DNA from: Azolla caroliniana
Taxonomy: Eukaryota > Plantae > Polypodiophyta
Length of the DNA: 64,000 bases
Reading direction: 5' to 3'
Assembly: GCA_043228905.1 (NCBI GenBank)
Contig: JBHGNT010000013.1
Location: 10,664,001-10,728,000 of the forward strand
The position numbers and the translations under genes are program-made. This document shows, in pieces, positions 49,096 to 63,729 of this stretch (within the stretch, counting starts at the first letter, position 1; each line of letters opens with the position of its first letter). Under the pieces are notes generated by a model, which saw only the letters and a program-made list of their open reading frames with translations, was not told the origin of the DNA and did no database searches.

Positions 49096-52000
49096 ATGTC
49101 GGGAAGATTTCCTGGTTTCCCTACATTTCGAGCTACTGCAGCCTCTGGTTTTTACCATCCTTTAAACGAGCCTCAGGATTATGCACCTCCCCCAGGTATA
49201 TCTCCTCCTCCACGTACAATATCTTCTTCTTTACCCACACCAAACACGGGTCAATATTCTTGGAGTTCTTCTCCCATGGCGACGTCAGAAATGCAAGGAA
49301 TTTACACTTCTTCCATTTCTCACAATCCGCAGTATCTCCCTTTGATTTCGGCACCACCATATGCCTTTGAGAACCATGTCACAGATAGACATGCTAAAGG
49401 TCTCCTTGATATTGCACCAGGAACAAGTATTTCCACATCACCTATGGTTGAGATGGATCGTTCAAATTCTAAAGATCATTCTTTTCCCTTAAATGCTGAA
49501 GCTCATTCCGTTCACTTGATGAACGGCATCAATCCTTCATTTCCTGTGAAGGATAAAAATCTTTCCTTTCCAAGAGCAACAAATGATGTTAAGGGATTTA
49601 TTGAGAAGCTGAGAGGACTCATCTCTCAAGCTAATCAAGCTGTAAGTGAAATCTTAAGCTCCGCAAAAATTAACCATGATGCTTTACCGCTGATATGCGT
49701 TGACCGGATGAATGATAACCTTCCTTTGAGGAAAATATTTACAGATTCTATAGACACAAAGGGCAATCTTGAAGAAGAAACTGATAGTTTTGCAAAGGCT
49801 AAGAAAATTTTCAGTGGTCTATATGAAAACATGAAGAGCAAGAAAGATTTCAGTAATGCCTTCTTTTACAATGATGCTCCTGGTGTTGTGCAGATGCCGG
49901 CTTGTATCGATGCTTCTAACAGTGAAAACATTACACTGCCAGACTTTGCAATGGGAGAGGTATGGACTGAACTTATGTCTTGTAATGAGAGTGAAGGAGA
50001 TTCTTGTACTCATTACAATGTTGTACAAGCTACACTGCTTCCATCTCAACTATGGTCATTAGAGAAAGAAATTGATAAATGGAAAGAGCTTCCTTCTACG
50101 TGCAGTTTGGTTCATTTGGAGATGATGCGTGCGTTGAAAAAAGTGAAAACGGGAGACCTTAAGAGATTTCTTGTCATGCATTTACCTTCTCATGCTATTG
50201 TTCCCTACAGAAGAAAACAAGTGGATCATGGTCTTTTCCTTCTAGTCTTCTGTCTCAGGGCTGTGCATCGGATAGCTGATTTATGTACCTCAAAATCTGG
50301 TGTTAGTAGAAGCTTGCATGAGAAGAATGAACAGACACATGTAAGTGGATTAGAATCACAAATGATCGAATTCAAGGTCTTATCGGACAGTGCAAGTTGG
50401 CTTTCTGTGCAGCTCTCACCAATTTTTTATCCCACAGCTACCAAGAATGTAGTTTTTGATTGTTATAAATATGCATTAAAGTGTGCTATTCGCTGCATTC
50501 TTGCAGTATCACAAGCCAGTTCTAACACTGATGTAGGTAGTAACAGCTCATCCCAAGTAGGTTCTATAGTCAGAACCTACGAGGGAAGAATTATGTCGCT
50601 AAAAGGAGTTTGTAAAGAGTCAGAAAGCTTGTCAATTGTAGATTCTGTTAAAGTGGACAATGTTGATTGTAGAAAAGAACCCGAGGACCCAAATTGCTCA
50701 GCTGGTGATGATAATAACAGTGGCATGTCTTCTGTTGGTGAACGGCCATTGCCACTATATCATTTAACAGAAGCAATTGTAGCCCTTGAAGAATTAGCAG
50801 CTTCTCAGAGACGTATAAAGTCTGATTCGGAGTTTTTTAGTTCTTCACCATATCACAGGTGCCAAATCTCTTCTCCCCTCCAGTATGAAGAACCAAGTTA
50901 ATTGCTTTAGAGTATGTCATTATTCTATTTCCTACAGGTCAGTTTTACACAAAACAATTGTGGAGCAGGCAGAAGGATTGCGTGCCACTCGAATAAACTA
51001 TAGAGCAGTACTTGAACATGATGGTTTAATGTGGCAAAAGCCTCACAACCAGGTGAATTTCTTCTGTGTGTCTGATCTCTTTTGTTAGTGAGCTAAGATT
51101 ATTTATACAATATCAGGAAATTTACTATAATTGTTCATATGTATCAAATATTAAAAAATCCTGCCTTCTTTTTGAAAAAATGATCTATATATGTTAATTT
51201 CTTTAAAGTTAACCCCCCCTAATCATATGACATTTAAGATTAAGCACATAACTTTTCTTTTCAAAGAATGTCTGAGTTATCCTACCTACAAAATAGGCCC
51301 TCTAATGTTTGGAGAAAAGATCCATTTACCTTACTTTGGATGAGAAATGTGCACTCCCAGGGAAGGGAATTATCCCCAAAGCTATAATATAAAGGCAAAT
51401 TTACAAAATTTATGAATTAAGTTCGGGTGGTTTGAAGATGTAATTACAAAATGCTCTTTAATTAGTAAGTGGGCATGTACAAACTGATCAATTTAGAAGG
51501 TTAATATGCTAGTTATGCTTCTAACCAGAGAGCATGGGCATGTTGTAATTAATAGAATTAAAAGCTTAATTTACTAATTGAAGCCCTACGTATGCTTCTA
51601 ATAGAAAGTGACTAATTGTAATCGAGAGAATTAGAAGCTTAATTTGCTAATTAGCAGTTTCTATTCGACACTAAACTAATCAAAATTGTTTGACAGGTTT
51701 AGATTATACATTATCCTTAAATGTGATTATTATGTTTTATCTAAATTTTCATGTGATTAGGAGCTTAGACTTGACCAAGTATGTAACTTGAAGGATATTT
51801 TGGCAATGTAGCGATAATATATATATTACCTATAGTTCCTTTTTTGTTCACGATTGTGTGCATGTGTTATTTCCTTTTGTGCTATTATATTTTTCTCTTT
51901 CTTTGTCTTTCCTTTCCCTTTCAACCTTTTTTTTATTTCGCCTATATTTGTAACTCAATACATACAATTTCCATTTACGTGATACTTTAGTACCGCACGG

Positions 52001-53183
52001 TGTCTCAAAGATACCCAACCCAAAACTCAATACATCTAATATTTGAAGATATTGTTGAGACCTTCTTGATTTTGGAATTATTTCCTAATGTCGAAGGTGA
52101 CTTGTAAATTGATGATTTGTACTACTGTTTAGTGGATGAAAGACCGTAATTGTTTTTTCCTGATGTCGAAAGTGACTTGTAAATTGATGATTTGTACTAC
52201 TGTTTAGTGGATGAAAGACCGTAATTGTTTTCCATGGACAACTATAGCTATGAAGACACCAAATTGTGAGTAGGACAATTGTGAATATAGGCCTGAATCC
52301 TATAATTTCTGAAGATGGGGTTATACAATAAGTGTGTTTAGTTTCCAACCATAATCACCATGTGAAACAGTAAAACCCATGTAAACACAGAACTTTGTTA
52401 TTTTGGTTCTTTTGACAGCATGTGACTGCCTCATTGCTCATTCTGCTTTTACGTATTACACTTTAGACATTCAAATTTATATATACGATACACTCTCAAT
52501 GTGTTTACAGGACTCAAATAGAAACAAGACCAAGGAAGAAATCTTAGCTGAGGAGAGAGATTATAAACGACGACGAATGTCTTACCGTGCAAAGAAGGTC
52601 AAACGAACACCTCTACAGGTAGAACTAAGATCAACCCACATTTTTATTTAGTTGCTACCTGCTTGTCAAGTAGAACCAGTGTTCAGGAATTCAGGTTTTT
52701 AAAAGATCATATATATTCTCTTGAAAGGTTTATGTTTTAGGACCTAGTAATTTAGGTTCACTTTGAGCATATGCTATGCAGGTTACAGGTGTATAAGCTC
52801 TCTGAACTGTTTGAAGTACGAAACTATTTGATTTACTTTCAACATGTTTAAAGAAGAAGAAAAATATCCTCTCTTGCAGGTTATAAAGGACATTATTGAG
52901 AGTCATATGGAAGACATAGTTGCAAGTGGTGGAATTGGTTGTGCTGGTCGGAAACCTCAAGATGTGCCACCTGCACACGAATCATCAGGAAGAGGTCTGC
53001 TTTGCCTTAATTTTCATATCGTAGTTTATATGGACATTTGTTTTGTCATGCTATTGCTTTCTGATTCCAGCTTTTTGTACGTTTTCAGTCGAACATTCAA
53101 ATGATAGAAGGATTGATAGGTTACATAAAAATGGCCGAAGGGATGACTATCGTGGACGGTCTCATAGCTCCAGTATCAAGTAG
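49096..53183 (+). CDS. SNRNP48: U11/U12 small nuclear ribonucleoprotein 48 kDa protein homologue, about 731 aa, 5 exons
   Basis: Exons 49096-50858, 50938-51052, 52511-52618, 52880-52994, 53089-53183 (GT-AG, frame-consistent). Family motif VLEHDGL..KTKEEILAEERDYKRRRMSYR.KK.KRTP.QV..II...GGIGC. Confidence 0.88.
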
Positions 53184-55574
53184 TATAGACCTGATACAGG
53201 TTACAATAGCTGAAAACAAGATTAAAGAAAAAAGGCTAAGCTTCATTAAGATGTTAATGGACTTCCTACTAGTTGCTGTACATATAAAGAGTTACTGAAG
53301 TGAGTGGTGAGTTTACATTTCTGTGGAAGGTAAATCAGCTGCTAGCACTAGGAGTGTTGTATTGGAAATCATGCTAAGAAGGAAGCTGATTTATGATACC
53401 AACGTCTGTATCCTTTCCAGTATCCTTCTAACTTTGTATTTATTATTGTTGCAACTTTTCTCTTTTATCTACAAACTCCCCCCTCGCCCCTCGCCCCCGG
53501 GCACAAAAACAAGGTAATTTGTTTTTCTGTGGAGAGTCATGAGACTTGTTTTCAATGTTGAAGCTAGGACTAGGATATTTTGTCTGCATTCTTAACAGTC
53601 ATATACCTTTCCAAAATATTATTCTCTTCTCGTTTTCAGCTCTGGCCTAGGGAACTCACCAAATATAATAGTATATTCTAGTGCTCCTTAAGACTTAATG
53701 AGGTACTTTGGAATTAATAGTTACGGAATTTTGCTTTGTGCTGTGCTTGAGGATCTAAAGATACTTGATATGTTTGTTTCCCAGATGAGTCCTGTATGAC
53801 TGAGTTGTTTGGAATCCCTTGTTTGAGGATTATGAACTACATGTTGGAGTTCACTAATGGTGTACATTTCGTTACGCTCCACACATTCCCATATTGAGCT
53901 GATGACAGATATTTGTTGTGTACTAGTATATTGATGGACTTGGTTCTACAATGTAAGATACTCTTTTATTATAATTTATTTATTGTCTGCATGATGAGTG
54001 ATGCATTATTTTCTCATGTAAATTTATGTAGATTAACTTGATCGAATGTTACTCCTTCGGACTTCCTCAAGAGGATGATCCAAATCCATTTTATTTGTGG
54101 ACAATAGTCTAGATCATCAAGACATGCAAATTTGAAGACGGGAGGTTGTGATGCTTAACTAGTAATATTGCAAATGTCTGGGAAGGAAATTTAAATCAAT
54201 TTCTTCCATTCAATATGACTTACCAATGGGAATTTATAAAATAAGCTTTTATGAATTAGAATCTCAACTTTATTCACATGAAAACTAATATTTTCCATGA
54301 TTATATCATAATATCTTTAATTGTATATTTGAATTTATGAGCTTAGTTTACAGCAATTAAGTGGTACGTTTTGCTAACTTGTTACCATATTATGTTTGAA
54401 GCATGTCATAGTTGATATAATTACAAGCTTGATTTTCGAATCTTTTAATTTAGTGTAGGCATGTCCTAGTTGATATAATTACGAGCTTGATTTGCTAATT
54501 TTTTAATTTAGTGTTGGCTTAATTTGCAGATAAGTTGTTGAATCAATGTGTTCACTGTTTTGGATGAGTTATTTTTTGAGTGAAGAGTTTAAGGTCACGT
54601 TAATGTGATTAAGCATTGTAACTAAAGGCATATGCCATAATTAGAAAGACCTTTCATTACGAACACGTCATTGAACCCTAAGTACAAGACTTGAACCCAC
54701 AGCCTTAAGGCTTCTAAACACAACTGAAAGTGAAAGGGGTGTAAGTGGGCAAACAAGTTGCAAGAAAGTCACATTTGCATATCAAAGCAAGCAAGTTAAT
54801 GCAGATATCTATGAAAATTTATTGAATGGATGGGGGTTGACATTTAATCATAAAACTGCTATTCTGAGTTTATAAACTATATATGAATTTAAACATAAAA
54901 CTGTTATTCTTTGAGTTTGTAAATTCGTAAGCAATATATTTATGTGAAATCTTGTAATTGTTTCAAAATCTAAATGTCATAAATAAAATATCATGTGATA
55001 TCGAGTAAAAGTATTTCATGTCTCATTTTCTAATCAAGATACTATAAAATTATGTCACATATTGTCAAGCATAAATTTTTTTGTCATGTTTTCTAATCCA
55101 AATATTGTAAACAAAAATAATTAATGGTGTTAGCTTGAGGATCAAGCACTTATTGCTGGTGACATTTCACAAGACTGATTGCATGTAGCCTAAGACATCT
55201 ATTTATACTAGGTAAGGGGGGTTAAGATTATGGATTGAGATACTGAGGTTAATACCTTCAAGTTCTAACAAAGTCATAAAAATCTTTTAGAAAAGTTGAA
55301 TTAGCTTGAGACATTCTTGAAAAGTCAATTGTGGGCATTCAAGATTCCCGTTTTACTTTATGTTTCGTTAGAGTGTTCGGTGCTATGAGCTTGCTTCTAG
55401 GCAATGAAGAACAGACAACATTGGAGTAAGTATATATTATGTTTGATATCATAGTTAAGAATGTATGGAAGATAAAACATATAGAAATGGATTCATTATA
55501 GTAAGATAACCATGTTGGATTCTCACATTTACCTGAAGGGCAATAATACAAGTACAAGAATGAGCATGCAACAA

Positions 55575-55800
55575 ACACACATACATATACATACATACAT
55601 ACATACATAACATACACAACACACATAACATACATAGCATATATACATATACATACATACACAACACACATAGCATATATACATATACATACATACATAC
55701 ATACATACATACATACATACATAGCATATTTACACATACATATATATACATACATACATAACATATATGCACATACATACATATACATACATACATACAC
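55575..55800. repeat. Compound (TACA/CATA)n microsatellite upstream of P4H
   Basis: Low-complexity repeat read directly. Confidence 0.9.
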
Positions 55801-55953
55801 ATTACATTCCAATTCCATGAAGAGGTCTCGCGTTCGATTCCGTCTGCTTCCACAAGCCAACAAACAAGAACTCTGCCTCTCTCTCTCTCTCTTCCTCCTG
55901 TCTCTCCTCAGAAGAAGAAAAAGAAGAAGAAGAAGAAGAAGAAGACAGGAGAA

Positions 55954-58900
55954 ATGGCGAAAGGAAAGAAGTCTTCTTCTTCTTCGTCCTCCGCGCCTTC
56001 CCTCTGGACCATCTCCGTCTCCCTCCTCCTCACCCTCTCCCTCGCGCTGCTCCTGCTTCTGGTCCTTGGCATCGTTGCTGTCCCTCGACCTCCCTCCCAT
56101 GGCGGCGGCGGCGGCGCTCAGGTCTCTCTCCGCCTTCCTGCTTCCTCCATCATTCACAACGCCGAAAAGTAAGATCCTCTCTTCTTCTTCTTCTTCTTCT
56201 TCTTCTTCTTCTTCTTCTTCCTACTTGTCCAACTGATCGGCTTGGAAATTTTTGTCCTTTGCTTTATTTATTCGATCTTGATCGAGAATTACGAGTCAGT
56301 AAGCTGCAAGATTCTTCTTTCCCTTCTGACACAAAATCACAAACGTTAGCTCCTAACTGAAGGAGTCTACACCATTCAAATAATACGGAAGATTCTTATT
56401 TTTCTCATCGGAGGAGATCCGAAATATTACGATCCTGATAAAGCAATGATGAAGGATAAATCCTTATCTTCAAGATCGTACCACAAAGCTATGATCACCA
56501 CAAGGAAATGATGACTGATGTCTTATCCGAGAAAAAACGATCCACATAAAAGAAATGACTGATTATGAATCCCGATCTCAAAGATCATAACAGTGTCCAT
56601 GTTGATAATCCTAGAAACAACATTTATGATGAAGAGAAAGAAATGATGAAAGAGCATTGCAGCATCCATGGCCACATTTCTAGCTGCAGAAATGGTGCAT
56701 CGCTTCTGTTGTTAATTTCTTGGCAATCTTCCAACGGTTGAAATAGTTAAAGGAAGTCTACGAAAGTCTGAAAGATTGCTATTATTATAAGCCTTCGTTT
56801 TTTCCTGTCTAAGAATTATTAGAATTCCACCTCCTGGTTCTCATGACGAGTGATCTTTCTGAGATCTCGTTTTCAAGTTTAAATGGATGCATCTGTTTCG
56901 TCGTCGTCGATTTGATAGCCAATGGATGTAGCTTGTCAGATTTAGCATTGTTTTTTAGGTAATATTATGGAATTTCTTTCTCCTTTCTGATTGATTATGT
57001 TAATGTTTTATTTTTAGGCTTCAAAACAATGATGTGCATATGGAGCTCAAACCATGGGTGGAGCTTCTTTCTTGGGAACCACGTGCCTTTGTCTACCACA
57101 ACTTTTTGGTGCTCTGCTACCCTTTCAATATAGTACATTTATGAATATAATTAGGATGAGAACATAGTGAATAGTCAATGGGAACTATTCTTTGCATACA
57201 TGGTTTATGCTTATAATTGCTCAAAACATAGCAGATGCAATTACTATTCATTGTTTATTCAAAGTTCTAATGATACTCCACATGTACAAAATGTCTTTTA
57301 GAATTGGATAAAGAAGAAGTTCCAAAATATACATGGGAAGACTTAAGTAAATGCAAAGCTTAGGAGGAAGGGGGGAGTAAGAGAGAGCATTCAAGTACTA
57401 TAACTTTATGAGTATTACTGTGCATTGCTGAGGACTCTGGCTCACAACTACTCTAGGCTCATTTCTGAATTATGAAAAGTAAACCCCTTTCATAACCACG
57501 TCATGGATTGAGTATAACACCAAAAGACAAGTTTACTGCTTGTGTCAAAAACTCCACATTGAAAGTCATAAGCAGGTTAAGTCAAGAAGAGAAAAAAAAC
57601 ATCTGATCAGACCACAGGCTAGACCATCAAACTCGCATGAGTCGGACCAACAACATCCTACAATTCACGATTGCTTGAGTTTTTATGCTCCCTCTTAGAT
57701 CCAGGATGCACCAACAATGCAGCGCATCTAGAATATCTGTGCACCTATCTAATAAGATAGGGGTCAATCATCAACGCATGGTTGTCATGCATGTGAATGG
57801 CAATTGCAATCTCCTAGATGGTCAAGTTGAAACCATTGATTTTCATTCTAATAAGTATTATAGGAAAACCCATAGCCATAACTTTAGGCTTCAAGGAAGA
57901 AAACCACAGAAGTCTCACGATTAACCTTGAGCAAGTTTTCACTTTTATAGGAAAACTAACTGTAGGCCACAAACGATTTACTTAGATAATATGGTGGAAG
58001 TTACAACTTGCTCACGCCCACCAACCGTACAGTTTCAGTACTTATTGTGTAGCAATCAACCCTACTTGTTGACCAAGGTAGAAATCATATTGAAGAGTTC
58101 ATAGGCGAAGCTTGACAAATATTTCTAAGAAAAGGATGAAAGATATATCTATATATCTATATATATATGGAGAGAGAGAGAGAGAGTGCTATAAAAATGT
58201 AAATTCATTTCAAAATGAATTAAGATCACAGCCTCTAGAAGACGCAACCTTTTAAGTATATGAAAATGGGCTTCAGTGTAGTCTATGGTCTATGCATGTA
58301 TTGCATATGCTTTTATGGACAATTTGAATGTCATGCATTCAAATATTTATCCCAGGCTACTTTTGAGTTTTATCTTGCATTTTGCATGAAATGAATTGTC
58401 CTTCATTTACCTTTTTCCATGGTTATATTTACTCAAGTAATATCATATTGCTCACTGAGTTGTTCTTTTTATGGGGATTTCACATAACATTCTGATTCTT
58501 CCTTATAGTGTAAGAAACTTGGGGTTCCATGTCACATTGAAATCTCTAATTAGAGAGAGAGAGAGAGAGAACCCTCCAAGCCTTAAGTATATATGAGAGA
58601 CTGGTGATTGGTCTTCTTTAAGCTGCTCTGTTGGAGTAGAGATTTGTAGAGAGGTCTGAAATGTGGTTTTTTAACATCAGACGAAAGAGGAATGCGAGTA
58701 TTTGATCAATCTAGCAAAACCTCATATGATGAAATCTACTGTGGTTGATAGTGCAACAGGGAAAAGCAAAGATAGCAGGTATGACAAACATTTTGGAGTT
58801 TTCTTACATGAAATAAAGGCACACACCTGTTGAAACACAGACAAGAACTTAATAACACAATGATTTGGAAGAAGATGGCTAAGAACAAGTTGCTCTTAGG

Positions 58901-60010
58901 TACATCTGATTCTGCCATAATATTTAACATCAATCAAAAAATATATATAATATTATTAATGTTTCAGTTGGAATCTCATTCTAAGTCAAATTGTCTGTTC
59001 AAGGTTAAATCTTTCTTGTGTTATAATTCACACTTTGGCACTAAATCAGAACTTGATGGATTATGAATCTGTTGCAAAAGTTCTCTAGACAAGTTTAAAA
59101 CAACCCCTTGACAACTCTAAACCCTATCACTGTATAAATAAAGCCTTTGCTCAAAAAATAAAGCAAAGAAGAGAAATTAGACTGTTATTTGGATATTTTA
59201 TGTTTTCTGTGATGGTTTGTATCTAATGATGTGCACTGTATATTCATATCTAATCATATACAGAGTGCGCACAAGTTCTGGAACTTTCTTGGCAAGGGGC
59301 CAGGATAAAATCATCAGAGGAATTGAAAAGAGAATCGCAGATTTTACTTTTATTCCAGTGGGTATGTTCTCTTTTTAGCTGAAAATTCCTGGTTATAATG
59401 TGGTTATGGCCTCCTAATCATCGATTTGAAATGACATTGCCACACAGAGCAAGGTGAAGGAATCCAAATTCTCCATTATGAGGTGGGCCAAAAATATGAA
59501 GCTCATACTGATTATTTCCATGATAACTTCAACACCCGTAATGGAGGACAACGCATTGCAACATTGCTGATGTATCTGTAAGAAAATATATTTACACTCG
59601 GGCATTTTCATTATTGTTTTTTTCCATTAAATTATGGATATAATGATTGATTTGCCGTAATGTCTTGCAGCTCAGATGTAGAATCTGGTGGTGAAACTGT
59701 CTTTCCATCTGCAACTGTAAACAGCAGTATGATTCCTAACTGGAATGAGCTATCTGAATGCGGTAGGACGGGGGTATCTGTGAAACCCAAACTTGGAGAT
59801 GCATTACTATTTTGGAGCATGAAGCCTGATGCCACTCCAGATCCATTGAGTCTTCATGGTAGGGTGGTTTCTGTCAATGCGTTAATTCAAGTCATCAGAC
59901 TCTGATGCTAACATTTTATTTATGTTTCTTCTCTAGGGGGCTGCCCAGTAATAGCTGGAGACAAATGGTCAGCGACAAAGTGGATGCGTGTAAATGAGTA
60001 TAAGAGCTAA
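55954..60010 (+). CDS. P4H: Plant prolyl 4-hydroxylase (type II membrane 2OG-Fe(II) dioxygenase), about 297 aa, 7 exons
   Basis: Exons 55954-56168, 57018-57108, 58681-58778, 59264-59361, 59448-59577, 59671-59858, 59937-60010. N-terminal TM helix; SWEPRAFVYHNFL; VRTSSGTFL; HTD; RIATLLMYLSDVESGGETVFP; SLHGGCPVIAGDKWSATKWM. Confidence 0.95.
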
Positions 60011-61896
60011 AACAAACTAGTTTTATTGCTCTAATTGCTGCCTTCTAGATCTGAAGTCTTGGTTAAAGAGTTCGGTCTCACGATGGTGCAGTTGAATGTA
60101 AACGGTGTTATTGCAAAAGCTATGTTTTGCAAAAAGAGCAGGTAGCTTCCAATGGTGAATATAGTGATATGATGCTACTATACAGTCCTCGACCCCAAAT
60201 TTCAACGGGTCCAACTCTGAAGTCAATGACCTCAAATTTATTTATTTATATAAGATTCGTGGATATTTTTGTTAGCTGTTAGGGATTACTTTTGCATGCA
60301 TTCCAACTAAGATGTATCAAGTATGTTTCAAAGATAAACTTCAAATATCGTGACACTTCAAAGGAAACAAAGTTAGAATTTAGGTATGTATGCATATACG
60401 GATATTACTTCTAGCCATTCCAAGGAAACCTGTAGATATCTGCTGTATTAAGTATTATTTTAGCTGCTAGTATTATTCGCCTTCGATGGATGTCTTTTTT
60501 TTATTTCCGAGTTTGCAGATCATTAAGCTAGTGGATCAAAATCATTAAACTGCATATCAATGGAACTAATGTGTTTGCTTGGACTTAATGTTTTATTAAG
60601 CTTATTCGCAGAACTCAGTTCAATTTTGTGTACTACTTTTCTCCCGTAGGCAGTCTATTTTCACCCATCAGTGCTAAGGTGTCTATGACTAGGTCTGAAT
60701 CATATCTACTAACCTACCAACTGTTCTGTTGTGTAAATAGTAGCTTTTACTTTGAGTTGTAACATAATAAAAGGCTTGTGTGGTAGCAAGTCAATAATTT
60801 AACGACACTGCAGGGAGGACCTGCGGAGTAAATATGAGTCTAAACCTTATTGTGACCATGCAGTTTTATCTGTCAACCCAAAACCTCTAGCGTAATTTTA
60901 TCTGCCTAGAGCCTGACCTTCATCCCATGACACTTGCAATAATGATGTTTGGGAAGTTGAATGAATGGTAGGTTAAGGAGCTTAAATCAGTGGATGCCAT
61001 AAACACTTACTCAAACAAGACACAGGTGGGGGGGCCTTCCTATTCTTTGATACATCAAAGAAGTTATCCCTTTGCTAACCATAATTCCAAGTTGGTGAAC
61101 CATGTAATCGGCAAGCATATTAAGCAAGCAGTGTTGGCATGGTTTCAACTTTTTTAGTGCCTTGTGTAACAGACATTTTAGATTACCCTAACATGTAACC
61201 TATTGAGAAGACATTAAACAATTTGTGTCTTTGACGTTTTTTAATCATTATATTAAAACTATAATTTAAAGAAGACTTCTAGAAAGTTAATATTACGAAG
61301 ACAATTAGATTACTTATAGAATTGATGGGATTTTTATAATCCATTATAATTTGTTGTGCATGAATGCATAGAAGAGCATAAAGTTTCGTCAGGAATGTCC
61401 AAATAAGATCATTACTCTAGCCATAACAGTTACCGTTCTACATTATGTTCTTGTTCAATGTTTCATAATAAAACAAATAAATAACACTAAGTATAATGTG
61501 TAACCATCAATGTTTGACAAAATTGGGCACATATTTCTTGACCTTAATTATTGCCAATATTGCATAGTTGTACAATAGCAGCGCAGATCAAACTGTTTAA
61601 CCATCAATAAAAAATGTTCAACAAATTTGGGCACACATTTCTTGACCTTAATTATTATTGCCAACATCGAATAGTCGTACATACAGCACAGCAAATAAAA
61701 CTTTCAAATCTCATCATTAATAGAACCACCAATCAGACTAATGAGAGTAGATTATGCAGATACGTGGGCCCTTTCCGCCAAATAATTCAGCAAATAAGTT
61801 AATGCTAGTCCTAGAGTTTTCCAATTAAGGCATTCTGCATGCATTGCAGAAGTAATAACCAATTCCAATACTATAAAATAATTGAACAGTAATACG

Positions 61897-62250
61897 CAAA
61901 TTTCAGTTAAATTTGTTGTTTATACAGGCAGTAATGACCTATGACAAAGCATTACAAAAATCAACAATCTCTTGGAGCCTTTCATACATTAACCTGAGAA
62001 CATATGATTGTTTACAGAAAGATAAGGGTTCCTATTTGAACATTCTGGAAGCAAAACTGCACATTGCAGAATGTTCAAATTTCAGTTAAATTTGTTGTGT
62101 ATATAGGCAGTAATGAACTATGACAAAGCATTACAAAAATCAACGATCTCTTGGAGCCTTTCATACATTAACCTGAGAACATATGATTGTTTACAGAAAG
62201 ATAAGGGTTCCTATTTGAACATCCTGCAAGCAAAACTGCGTATTGCAGAA
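61897..62250. repeat. 179-bp tandem duplication
   Basis: Copies start at 61897 and 62076. Confidence 0.85.
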
Positions 62251-62999
62251 AAAGAAGACACCGCAAATCAGCATAAACCAACATAGAGTGCTACAAGTAC
62301 ATGCCTTCATTTCCGTGTATATTGACATGACAGGTATACATATATACCAGATGTTTTGTCAGGATGAGTAGAAGATATCTATTCATAGAATGGTTAAGAA
62401 TCTGTGAGTACTAAAAACCATGTACCCAATGGTGTTACATTTGCTATATAAAAGATTTCCTATGATAAAACTAGTAAGGAAGAATTCCTGCTGGCATATC
62501 ACAGAAATGGTAATTTGTCTGCCTACATCTCTGATTTTATCCATGATCCGAATTCCCTTTAAGTCATTTATAGAAATACAATTCAGTTTCAAAGAATCTC
62601 AAATGGCTTTGTAACTGAGTGTTAACACCTGCAGGAAAATGATAATATAACAATCTTAGAACAATACCCAGAATATCATCATAAGAAACATACAGCAATG
62701 TGCAGTTTGTATGAGAGCATTCACTTTGTAGTTTTGTACACATCTAAAACAAGGCAGAATATTACAAATGAAACCACATTTGATTATGCAATGCGCTAAG
62801 AGCGTAAACCATACATTCACCTAGAAATATAGAAAATTGTTTGTACCAGCAAATACCTGTCTTGGATACCAGCAAATAAGATATTGTTAGTTTCTCTTCA
62901 CTCCCCACATCCTAGAGTATTGTGAAATTTTGATTAGTGAACGAGATGTAACTATCACCAAATTAAACTTCATGAAACCATGCTCATGTTTACCGCACA

Positions 63000-63729
63000 T
63001 CATAACCAGTTTGGTCCTGTGATATTTGCTTCATTCTCCTTAGAGGATGGTTGCTCATCAGCTTTTGCTAATGAGCGGTATTGCAGCTTTACACTCTCCC
63101 CATTATCCAGTGTTCTCACAACATACCTTCAGTATAGGTGAAAAGGAAAATGCCCTTAGTTACTAACTTTCACACGATCTACATTATACGCATGAAGAAA
63201 AGGTTCCTCGTAAGCATATCTTACCATCCATTCAAACATTGTGTTGTTATCACAGCAGTGCATCCAACAAACCTTTCAGGGGTTCTTTTGTTTCCCTAGA
63301 TTAAAAAATATCCTAATCAATCATTACTCGATTGCAAACTTACCACATATATTATGATTCCAAAAATCTATAAAATGGAAATACCTTTATTAAGACATTG
63401 TCATTAACCTTGTATGGAAATTGGACTCCTTTAAGCCGAGAAAACTCCACCATGGTAAGGTCACCGGAATTCTGTCTCTCCTGAACTTAACAAGCATTAA
63501 TTAACAGAAGCTTCGAATCCATGAATGGCACATGATACTTATTAACTGCATAGAAATATATTTGAATAGAATACAGTACGTGATCATGTTTCCCTCTCTT
63601 CCTCTTTGTTGCCTTAGATGTGTTCACTTTCCATCGTTCTTCCTCCAGTTTGTACGCTTGTACAACAGATTGTAAAACTGCAAATTCAGAATTTCTCTTT
63701 CTTTTCTCTCCATCTGGGCTATACCCCAG
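63000..63729 (-). CDS. Small conserved plant protein with a C-terminal KOW/SH3-like motif; 5' end uncertain
   Basis: Exons 63729(?)-63580, 63480-63385, 63295-63225, 63126-63000 splice in frame: GEKRKRNSEFAVLQ...YKVNDNVLIKGNKRTPERFVGCTAVITTQCLNGWYVVRTLDNGESVKLQYRSL. Confidence 0.78.

Noticed and set aside
50859-50901. End of the 601-aa ORF as the true C-terminus
   Set aside because: The ORF reads into intron 1; the conserved C-terminal motif lies in downstream exons.
55339-56236. 272-, 132- and 139-aa low-complexity ORFs
   Set aside because: Translations of microsatellites or of alternative frames over P4H exon 1.
59505-59515. P4H HTD motif (usually HYD/HFD) as a sign of inactivity
   Set aside because: The Fe ligands H, D and distal H and the 2OG-binding K are all intact.
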